Assembly: GCA_000934665.2 (NCBI GenBank)
Contig: KZ538775.1
Span: 1 to 64,000, forward strand
Origin: Catajapyx aquilonaris
Taxonomy: Eukaryota
Length of the DNA stretch: 64,000 nt
Direction: 5' to 3'
Position 1 is the first letter of the stretch, and every line of letters starts with the position of its first letter. The notes beneath the pieces are model-generated. The model worked only from the letters and a program-made list of their open reading frames with translations, did no database searches and had not been told where the DNA came from. Below, piece after piece: positions 10,510 through 21,451 of the stretch. The position numbers were made by a program, and so were the translations under genes.

Positions 10510-12071
10510 ATCAAAAGGTATTCCAGTAGTTGTAGTAAACAGGACAGTACAGGTGACAATTCCTACCAAGGCAATCAGGAGAGCAACCAGAGCCAGGAGC
10601 CACCAGTTACCAAATCCAAAAGTCCGTTCAAAATCACCTGCAAGTAATAAAATCCCAACTGTTAAATATGCACTTAAAGGAGCTCCAAATTGAGTTATAT
10701 ACTTTTGGCTCCGAGGAGGAGGTGATCGTTATTAGTTACCCCAGAAGCTGCCAGAGTCTTCTTGTTTGCAAGCACAACATGGTCTCTCGTTTGGAGGACA
10801 AAGTCCTTCCGAAACTCCACGCCCTGTAAATAAAGTTGTACACCTTTTCTATAAATTGTACTTTGGGTTTTTTTTATGTGACTGCTTATCAATCAGTCCA
10901 AGCCATAATTTAAACAACCTCACATGATATTTAAAAAACAATTAGACTGAAAAACAAGCGTATTTGAGGAAGCGAAACTTATCAGCTTTGGATAAGGCTT
11001 CAGGATGGAAAATCAGACATCCCTTATCTATATTAATACCTATTACGGAAGATAAAAATGGCACTCTGACACTTGCGTACTATGCTCTGTCAGATACCGG
11101 TACTAAAAATAATAAGATAGAAAGCCTGCTCATGTAGATTTGTAGCCTAGAAATATGGATTCTGCTAAATTTAAATATAAGGAAAATGATACATGCATTA
11201 CAGGGTATGAGCTAAAACTGTGCAGAATAATCTAAGTGAAAGGAAGCAACGCCACAGGCTACAAGCATCCTGATAGCATGTTATTGCAAGACCTTGTGGT
11301 TTTATCTAACTGCTATCTGAGTGCTTGTCTGTCCTACTTTTCATTGAACCACCTGTCAAAATATCTTCCTTCCTGCACACCACAGAACTGCAATAACTTT
11401 CACAACATGTAGCCTAATCATGCTTAACAACTTACATCCGTCCATTACAAATAAAGTACCATTGATATCATATACATAGTGAACCTTTGTATGGTGTAAT
11501 GAAGTTGTCCTAATTTGCGAAAAAAAAGATCAGGTGTTTGTCATATGTAAATGTACCATTTGTAATACAGTAACCCATAAACATTATGTTGAACTGAATG
11601 ACATGTAAATATGTGCCCATAATCTAAAATGCACTTACAAATAAGGTGCAATTATGCAAAAACTGTGCAAAGTATGTAAGTTTCAGTGCAGCATGTTGAA
11701 ATAGCTAATTAAAATTTTAGTCACCAGCCCGAATGGAACAAAATCTTGAAATGAGAGTCACAAAATAGTTCAATATGAGTACAGGCAACAAAAAATTATG
11801 ACAAGAGTCCCAAGGGAATATTTGTATTTGGATTCAAGTTCATACAACAGGTGCAACAGATATAAATTCCATCCCTTTTCTTGTACAGATAAAATGTTGT
11901 GTATCTCTGTCTGAGTCAAGGCCCCTATGAACTTAACATTACACAACAAACCTTGGCATCACAGAAAGCTGCAATCACACTACTGACAGTGCTGCTGTCA
12001 TCTAATGTCACAGTGTGGCATCCGGCTGCAGGACTACCAAAGAGACTCTCTACCACAAGTGTCAGCTGCAT
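10510..12071 (-). CDS. N-terminal ubiquitin-like domain plus transmembrane helix protein (3'-partial; possibly the N-terminus of a CD39/NTPDase-like type II ectoenzyme)
   Basis: Minus-strand exons 12071-11952, 10823-10703, 10637-10510 join in frame: MQLTLVVESLFGSPAAGCHTVTLDDSSTVSSVIAAFCDAK|GVEFRKDFVLQTRDHVVLANKKTLAASGVTNNDHLLLGAKS|DFERTFGFGNWWLLALVALLIALVGIVTCTVLFTTTTGIPFD|gtgagt. Good Kozak (GTCACCATG) with an in-frame stop upstream. Candidate 5'UTR exons end at 15174 and at 14692-14657. Product identity beyond UBL+TM is inference. Confidence 0.8.
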
Positions 12072-15000
12072 GGTGACTTCTAAGAGAGGTCATAAATCTG
12101 TGCAAAAAGAGAGAGAGAGAGAGAGAGAGGTACACCAGTGAAGCAACTTTGGCTCAACACAGCCAGTGGAGACCCAGCTGTCTCCATACTGGCTGCATAA
12201 TCCTCCCACAGGAGGAAAACAAATGGTGGGGGGGAATCAGAAATAGAAGCCGTCAGCTGTAGTATTTTATGGTCTTGGCTGCAACATTGACATCCAATGG
12301 TGCATGATGATACCAGTCGCTTCTAGACTGTGGCACATACCAAAAAGCTCATCAAGTCAGGAGTTATGGAGCATAAGTGGAGTGAAAAATAGCCCATTGT
12401 GTCCAAACATTATTTAAAAAATTAATGGCACATCATATTTTATATTACCTTTAACGCATACATATCTTGGCATATATGCATTTTTTATGTAGTGGTTTCA
12501 TTTCCTTTTTTAAGGTCAAGGCCACCCACCAGTCACTCCCAGGATTCAGTGGGAAGTCGTAAATATTAAAAATACATATATACAATGACGAGGTAATCAA
12601 GCAAGGTAGGTTTTACGAGCCAGTTGACTACTTGACATTACGTAACATATCATCATTTCCTAAACCGTCCTGTTACATCAACATTCCATTCAAAGGTGAA
12701 TCCACAAGCGGAAAAAAAATTGGATAGAAAAAGCAACAACCATAGGTAAGAAGGCATACCAGAAAAAATAATATTTGCTATACAATGTTTGCGAAAATGA
12801 GCATTACAAAGTTGTTCTTTTCCTATTACCCTAATTCCAGTAATCCTGTCACAAAAGTAGATATCTTCGGTGAAACTTAGCCCTGTATAGTGAGAAATAT
12901 CTGTCCCAGATGACAAATTACTCCTGGCAGGAGTGAGAAAGAAGAATTCCTTCCCTTCCCCCCCTCCATCAGGCTCTTTTTATCTCCTGTCTGGGTATGT
13001 TCATGTCCTTATTTAGAACAGCAAATTATTGTAACCTAAACTCTCTCTAGAAAATGGACTTCAATACATCTTCAGAAAAACTATTTTAAGGTTCCTGCAT
13101 TTTTGACTTGCAGCAGTGCTATACATTTTCATTTTACACTGAAACCTGACCCTAATTCAAGACATGGCACAAAAAAACATGTTATTCCTAATGGAAACAC
13201 TTCATCCCACAACTGCTGGGCACAAACTTTCCTTCACAACAAACTGTAGTGGGCAAAGTAATATCAGCATAATTATGGCACTAACAAGCCTTGACAAGTT
13301 GATTCACTACACTTACTGTCCATTTAGGCCAAAATGATTCGACAAATCTTATATTCCTAAATATAGGAGAGAAAAAATAATAATCTAGTCACAAATATTA
13401 TTAATGGGTATTATGGCCAATGCCACATCTGCACGCAATATATGAATGCTAAATTAAGAACTGCTAGCTTATGCATGCAGCTCATTCAAAAGCAGATTCA
13501 TTAACCTTGATAAGGCAAATTGTATCGTATCTTATTGGCATAGTACGAAGTTCCATTGATAAAAATAAGGATGCAAAATATCAAGACTTACTTACATTTT
13601 ACTCTCAGTGTGTCAGTTATAATGACACTCTTATGCTTCAAGAGATCAGCTGTAGGTTAATTATGTGTTGACCTGCATAGCACACTGCTGGAGAATAAAA
13701 AGCTACACAGCTCCATTATGCAACCAGACACGAGCCACAATAAACAAGGCCCACCCACGACTTATCAGGCATGTACTCAATGATAGTAAGTGATAAGTGC
13801 ACGCTCACAACACGTAAGAGTGGAAGATAACTGGGTTTTTGTGCTGTGGCTGAACTCATGCCCTGAGCATGATTGTGCACTCCACATGCACAGTACACAA
13901 GTCCTAGATAATTAGAGCCATTCAATTAACACTCAAGCTATATGTCAAACAAGTGTGAATGATAATTTCATCAGTTTGAAAGTGTAATTTATAACATTCT
14001 GTGCCATTAATGCGAGTGATAATTGGGGAAATTGTGGTGAATGTAGCCAAAGTGCTAATCGCTTAATTGGTATATCGAAAGTGTTGTCATAGTTATGTAC
14101 CTAGTACATGTACTTTACTCTTTACATATTTATGCATTAAGTGATACAGAGATATGGGCTGAGCTACTACTGCATACAAACACAATATTGCCAGTGTAAG
14201 CATATTTTGAACTATGGTAGTTGAAGCTAATAAATATTTGTCATCATGTCGCTACCCAGTTTGGGTGGAAATGATTTCATTGATCAATCACCCTATACTT
14301 TCTGCACATGCTAATACTTTCATAAGTATTTCAACCCTATTTTCAATGCATGTATGCCATATAACAATTATTATTCTGTCCTGCTCACTGGTTCACTACA
14401 TTGCATTGTATGAGCATTAATTCAATTTCATTTTCTGTTTCCAGAGAACATTGTGCTCTACTTTGAGTCTTCACTCTTTGTAGAAGCAAGCAATTCATTA
14501 TGCTTGTCGCGACTGTTAACATAATGACTTAGCCAATAAGGGCTTTTCTGATCTAAATTGCTTCAAGTATCAGTATAATGACCAAACCTTGAAAATTTAC
14601 TACCAGTTGTGCACTTGTAGGTCACTATGAACCCTAGCTGTACGTTGCTCCCTTACCTTTCTCAAACTGTGAATTAATAAAGTAACGTCCGCCTGAAAAA
14701 TTAATGTATTCTGCACATTGTTACATGCACATGTGCAAAGTCTGGATACCACATGTAGGCCTATTATTATTTTCCTAGAATGTGCAGACAAGTGTGGTAA
14801 TGGACCGTCAACAACTTGTAGCGGATGTCCAACAAAAATGTCTTTGGATGGTAGGGACCCTCACCACTCATTACACTGCATATTCTACATAGGGACAATG
14901 GTTACACATGTCAGACTGTTGCCTGTTATTACTTGACAATATTTGCTCAGTGTACCCTTAGTAATCTTTCTACATACTGTGGTAAGGTCCAATGGATCCA

Positions 15001-15173
15001 ATATGAACAAGTCCATTCCCACAACAATCTGGCTACTATCATCCTGCCCCATTGGCACACCATGAGCAGGTTAGGCCATGTGGCTATTATATCGACCTTC
15101 AAACACAGACCACGAATTTTTGTCTGTCCAGCACCTGTCCGCCCCCAATCTGGCCTCTCTCTCTCTCTCTCAC

Positions 15174-15660
15174 CTGTGGTCCACATGTGCGTCCAGCTCT
15201 CCTGCCCGCCTTGCACTAGCTGCCACCCCAATGTCCAATGTTATTTTGCAATGAGCTCAGCAGCACGACCGATTCCCGCCCTGTCCTCCCAGCCACTGCC
15301 AGGCGCCATCTTTCAGCAGCAGGACTCCCTTGTTATTCCCTTTCCCTTCCTTCCTTCCTTCCTCTGAGCCTGATTTCCCCGCCCCATTCCGGCCCATGCC
15401 TGCCTCCCGTTCAGGGACACCAGTTGATGTGCCCTTCACCTCTCAAACAAAAAGACCGCGCGCAAGGCCAAGGCCACCCGTCGCATCGCTGCTACACTAT
15501 CCACAATCACGGCTATTCCTTTCCTATACAAACAAGTGGGGAGGTTGAATAAGCAGCTTAAATTCGCAGCGATAGCGCTTTGGCAGTAGCCAACTTCGTT
15601 AATTGGTTGAGCTGATAAGAGATGGCGCGATCTGTCACGTGAGGACAGGTCAGGTGCGGT
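15174..15660. promoter_or_regulatory. Putative CpG-rich bidirectional promoter between the UBL-TM gene (-) and SPH3 (+)
   Basis: GC/CpG-rich stretch; minus-strand donor CACAG|gtgaga at 15174; ATTGG at ~15603; YY1-like AGATGGCG at ~15620; plus-strand donor GACAG|gtcagg at ~15648 and a further UTR exon 15892-16081 leading to the acceptor at 16441. Confidence 0.5.
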
Positions 15661-16448
15661 ACGGTATCGTAACAGTCGCGGACATACAGTTAGGAGCTTT
15701 ATTTTTTTTAAATGTAGGCCTAATGTACAAATATTATCAGAAAAAATATTATGACTAATTCATATGATAGGGAACATAGGGAAGTTGAGACACGTCTAAA
15801 CGGAGGCTATAATTACTGTAGTAATGGGTTTTGAAGACACGAAGGTCAAGGGTAGACTATAAGACGAGTTTTTTTTGCCCCGGATCCGTAGGTGCTCTAC
15901 TGCACCATCGAATAGGGGGTGCAGCCCCGCACGTCTGCTGTGTACGCACAACACACGGCAATCTTTTTCCCCGCGACCACTTCCACTTGCATCACGAATG
16001 TCCCGAGGGGCCAAGCAGCGACTGGTTTCCATAAGGACAGCGCATCGGTTGCACCCTCATTTTACCTGCTCCCCAACAAAGGTATGTAAGCTAAAGTTTT
16101 TACACTCTGTCTCGGCGTCTTGCTGATGGTCAAAGCCTTATTAAGTTTAACCCATCACTGTTGCTATCTAAAAAAAAAAAACTGTCAGCACACACTAAAC
16201 ACCATGCAATGAAACAACCATGTGCTTTCTTATTGCCTGACGCTTGGCTGGTGGTGTGCATCAGCAGGCATCAGGATTCCACAAATGCGTAATAAGGCGA
16301 TATAGACAAAAAAAAAAAGATTACTCATACCATAATGCATCACTTACGACGTTTCACATTTGACCTTTTCAAAATTACCTTTAAATATGACATTTGAGAA
16401 CATTTTTTGGACACCATGCATTTTTTAAAAAATCTTTTCAGGGCAACG

Positions 16449-19088
16449 ATGCGTCCTCAAATCCTGTTGGCTTTCGCGGCAAGTCTAATGTCGGCGAAAC
16501 CTGAGCAGGCCAAACCGGAATTGAACACCAGGGTATTATTTTGGCCAGAGGAAGATCCAGTGGAAAAACCGGCAGGTACCGTTAATCCATCATGCTAATT
16601 ATTTTAACCTTGTCGCACTATACCTGAATTAGTTAGTTCATTCACAATGATAAAACAACCCTTTCCTTTATCACTATTTATGACAGTGCTAAAGAAAATA
16701 CTATTGCGCTCTTATATACGCATGCATTACTGTACAGTGTACATGTATTGGTAACAAAAAAGAGACAAGTGACACATGTATAAGAAAAGTTAGAAGAATA
16801 ACAAAATAATACGCACCTGGCAGGTTAGCAGAGGTCACTACACTGTAAAGTGCTGCAAATTTAGCATGCTGAACTATACCTATACAGAGTCTGCGTGTAA
16901 AATTCACAATAGCCGAGGAGGTTCACATTAGAACGCGATATAATTATACAAGAACGTAGTGTCATGAAACCTTGTAATGAAGGTTAATAATAAGACAAAG
17001 AAATTCCCGGCAAACATTGAGCAATAAAATACTACTCCGGTCTTTTCCTATATATCCTGCTGTTGCTTATTAATCAGGATTCAATTATTAACTCGTTCAT
17101 ACCAATTATAAAACTCACGAATGAAATACTGCACATGTAAATACCAAATAGGCTAATATGGTCGATCTTGCTCGCTTTCAATTGAAATTATTATATTTAG
17201 GCTATATTGTATCTGTAATTACATTCAAAGCTTGCAGGTAAATGCCTAAAATGATTCACCAAAGAACGTCATTGGGTATGAAAAAGTGCTGTCAATTCAC
17301 TTTTCCTGCTGCATACTCGAATTCATAATTACTCACTCTTGAAATGTCAGCCGGTAACTGCGCGTCATCCATACCGCATGAAACTGGTTTGTAATTAACG
17401 AATTAACGTCATCAAAAGCACGACTAGGAGTGTCGGAAGCTCATAGTGACATCTTAACTTTCACCCCTAGCGTCATGAATAATTCTGCGAATTTTAGCTG
17501 TTTTCAAACTCTCACTTTATAAGATGAGGCAAGCCCTATTTATGTATAGGCTTTTATAGACGGTGTCAGGTTGCGTTTGACAGGTGTCTGTCATGTCTTA
17601 ACTAGGCAGCTCGTACTGTAAGCTAATTAATTACAGAGGCGTACAATAAGTAAGCACAAACTCATTGTTGATATGTGTACACACTGCATCAGCTAATTTT
17701 AATATTTTATAGATAACTCGATATACGCAGGCCCAGCAGAGCCAAGAGCTGCAACGGAAGATGACGATTGCGAGTGTGTGTGGCATTACCAATGCAGGAA
17801 TGGGACATACAACGTGGACGGAGTTGACTTGTTGGACATACGCACCAATGTCGCCTGCGAACATCTTGAACACGTCTGTTGCATGGTAAGGACTTTGACC
17901 CGAGATGTGAATTTGTATTAAAATATTGAAGGGATATTGACGAGTCTGTTGTCTCCGACAGACACATGCCATAACAAAAAAGGAGACATCTCCAGCCCCC
18001 ACCAGCAGAGGCTGTGGGTACCGCAACTTCGATGGGGTCGGACACCGCAACTTCGATGTAATGGTCGGACCCCGAATCTTCGAGGACTTCAACACAGACA
18101 CCATGTTCGGGGAGTTCCCGTGGACAGGCATGATATTCAGGAAGGAAGGACAACACTCGGTCCTTTACACTTACCACGGAGGATGCTCATTGATCCATCC
18201 TCGAGTTGCCATCACAGCGGCCCACAAAGTCGCAGCGTAAGTTCACATTGAGTTTGGATCGTCGTCGTTGTTGTTGTTGGAATGTGCGATCCCAACCGCA
18301 ACGACCGAAGCACTGAACCAACAATGTTGCAGAAGGAAGAAGCATCCGGAGCTGCTGAAGGTCCGGTTTGGCGATTGGGACGTAGGAGACACGGATGAGC
18401 TCCTTCCTCATCAGGAGAGGGTGGTCCAGAAGGTGGTGGTCCATCAGCAGTTCAGCTCCGGAAGCGGGGCATACAACATCGCTCTTCTGTTCCTGGATCG
18501 TCCACTCGAGAGAGCAGGGAACGTGAACTTCATCTGCCTTCCTCAACCTGGATTAGCGATGGACAGCGGAAAATGCATGGCTACCGGTTGGGGAGCAGAA
18601 GCGTTCAGTAAGTAGTGTCGCATTATGTACTTGTTGAACATAATGGGACTAATTGAACTGTATTGGCAGAGGGACGTGAGCAGGTGATGAAGAGAGCACA
18701 AGTGAAGGTGGTGTCCCATTCAAAGTGCCAAGATGCTCTGAGGGTCAAAAAGGGAAGCCATTTCAAGCTACACGACAGCTTCATGTGTGCGGGAGATCCT
18801 GATGAAGGAAAGGATACCTGTACGGTAAGGATCGTCTTTATCTTTGTTAGACATTCGACTACTTGTGTCTGAACCTTTACTTTTTGACAGGGCGATGGAG
18901 GATCTCCGCTGATGTGTCCGATGAAAGGACAGCTGGACCGGTACTACCAGGTCGGCATTGTTGCCTGGGGGATAGGCTGCGGGGCGAGAGGATTTCCAGG
19001 AGTCTACACCTACGTGCTTCCGTTTGTGCAGTGGATAGAAAATGCTCTCAGAGACAACGGCATTAGCGAGTTTTACCATCGGCCGTGA
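16449..19088 (+). CDS. PPAF2: SPH3: divergent clip-domain serine protease homologue (catalytic Asp and Ser both lost)
   Basis: Exons 16449-16575, 17713-17885, 17962-18236, 18333-18607, 18670-18824, 18891-19088, frame intact. Clip CECVWHYQC..DLLDIR..C..CC; FGEFPW; TAAHK; AYNIALL; GDGGSP; ends FYHRP. Confidence 0.9.
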
Positions 19089-21451
19089 TGTTATTGTTGC
19101 ACTTGCAATGCAAAGCAACAGTATAAAGACTGCTCTGCATATTCGTGGAGATATTATATATGACTATATAAACTATATTCTCAGGTCCAAACTCGAGTCC
19201 GAATCAAATGATAAACTAAAGTGAAGCGAATACCGTCGGCCAATACTGTAAATTATGATTACAATAATATTAGAACACAATAGATTTTTCAACCACTTTT
19301 GGTTACTCAGCCTTTTCGCCTTCTTTGGGTTGTGTCATTACGAAGAAAACTGTTGCTTGTGTTGTATACAAGCTGATACAAGTCAATGTATTTACTAAAT
19401 GTTATTTATAATTTTTATCCAGCAATATTATTCACCTAGAGGTCCTAGACTATAGTGGGCGAGTATATACGTATATGCCACGCGTTGGCTTTTTGCGAGT
19501 GTTTGATTCGGTTTGTCTCTTATGACTAATTAATATGTTCTACTCTCACTGTGTTGGGAAGAGTTGTGAATCTTGCGATTGTGATAATAATGACGCGATA
19601 AATTTTATTTACAAATACTGTACCTATACGTGCAGCCAACTCATAAAATAATGGCATATATTGAAAGCTGTTTGATCATAGTAGGCTGTGTATGTACACA
19701 GCCTTTTCTAATGACTTAATTATTTTCCATCCTGAATGTATAGGGTTGACCCGCAGCACAAAAGAGACTCGCGGGATTGCCCTGAACAGCCAGGATAATA
19801 AACATTCAATTGGTGATGAATTGATGATTAGCAGGATCCGAATGTATATCGCAGTTTGTTGGATATATTCCACAAGCAGATATTTTTTTAAATTGAGTTT
19901 ATTGCTGTATTATTGTCCTGTTTTTTTTTTTCACCAGCACACTCATTACTGTCGAAAGAAAAGACGTTCTACACTATCTATACAGGATGGCCAGCTTTGA
20001 CATCAGCGACAAAGTTATGCCTATTATGATGTTTTTTTAAAATAACTTACTAACCTTAAACTGGTATATCGTACAGTGTATTTTAACGACATTCCTACAG
20101 TACTGTACTAGCATAATTATGCTCACAAATTCCATGACTCTCTGGCGTGAAGAGTGTGACATTGACCAATGTCACATTGGTCACACGGTCACGCATATCT
20201 CTGCGAAAACCGCGGTAACACTGCAAACGATGTGGTGAAAATATGTTAACACCTGGAAAACCGTAGAACAAATGGATCTGCACAGCTTAATTTGTGCTTA
20301 CCAGGTGAGAAATCTTTACTTGTTTCGAACGACAACAAAATTGCAAATGTGCATAATTATTCATAACGCATGGAAAGTTTCGGACATTACAGTATAGAAA
20401 CTTATATAGCCCAATGTATAATGCAGCAATAAATATAAACAGTGCATTAGTAGTATTACTAAACAGTAAAATAAATTGAGGCATTGACATGGGAATGTGA
20501 GAAAGGGCATAAAGTCACTTTTTTTTCACAGGGGCTACAGGGGAAAAAGAAGCAGTATTGAGAACACTGTGAATCAGATTTTATTACACAAAAGGCCGCT
20601 TTCTTATTGTTGGATTTTGTTACCGCAAGTCATGAAAAGGTACCGTAACTCAACGCAATTTATGAGTTTAGCATTATTTTAAATGTATAGGCTAACTTTT
20701 TGAGGCGAATATTATGTCCTTTCCTGTCAACGCCTCAATTAATAAGTATAGAATCGCTCATTTTCGACAAATATTTCTGTACGAAAGAATATGACAGAAG
20801 TACGTACTAGCTCTTGGTATACTATACAATAAAAAGTCGCCGACTGAACAAAAAAAAATCGCCTTCTGTACCAAATTCCAATATTGACGCCTGCTTTGTG
20901 TATAGCCTACAAAGCTCGCTACAAAGCTAATAAAGTCACAGTAACCCTGTACCACAATAAGGCAACTTAATAACAGTAGTGATAAATAATGATGATGCAC
21001 AACAATACCCAGAAATTCCTGGAAATGCCTCGATTAAAGATGAGAATCGTGTCCGGAAATACCCTCAATTTTAGAGTAATTACTATGCGAATAATTCATA
21101 TACGCAAGGACGGGCACGGTTTTTTCCCCTTTTACTCTTTCTATACTCTAAGGCAAGTGTAGTTTCATGTCCTGTACGTATGCCTCCCCCACATCCTTTA
21201 ATTCACCCCCACCACCACTCCTCTTCTGTGTGTGTTTTTTTTTTTTGCCTATCTCAACTCACACACGTAACATCGCCCAGAGGCCTTAGAAGTGGTTCCA
21301 GGGCCACCTGCTACTGCCTCAGCTTCTATACTAGCCAGCAGTGCATCACTTCTCATCATTCACATCACACAGGTACAGACAGCTTAACTCGTCTTTATTT
21401 TATTGATAACAAGTCATTACATCTTCAGGTTTTGGTTTTTTTTGTAGTACG

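Noticed and set aside
17631..18177. Long minus-strand ORFs (166 and 156 aa) over SPH3, and similar antisense ORFs over SPH1/2/4
   Set aside because: Antisense shadows of GC-rich coding exons; no independent features.
19676..20283. Minus-strand segments MRDRVTNVTLVNVTLF.. and AIPRVSFVLRVNP.. as upstream exons of the UBL gene
   Set aside because: Phases are incompatible and donors weak; exon 12071-11952 supplies a proper start with an upstream in-frame stop.
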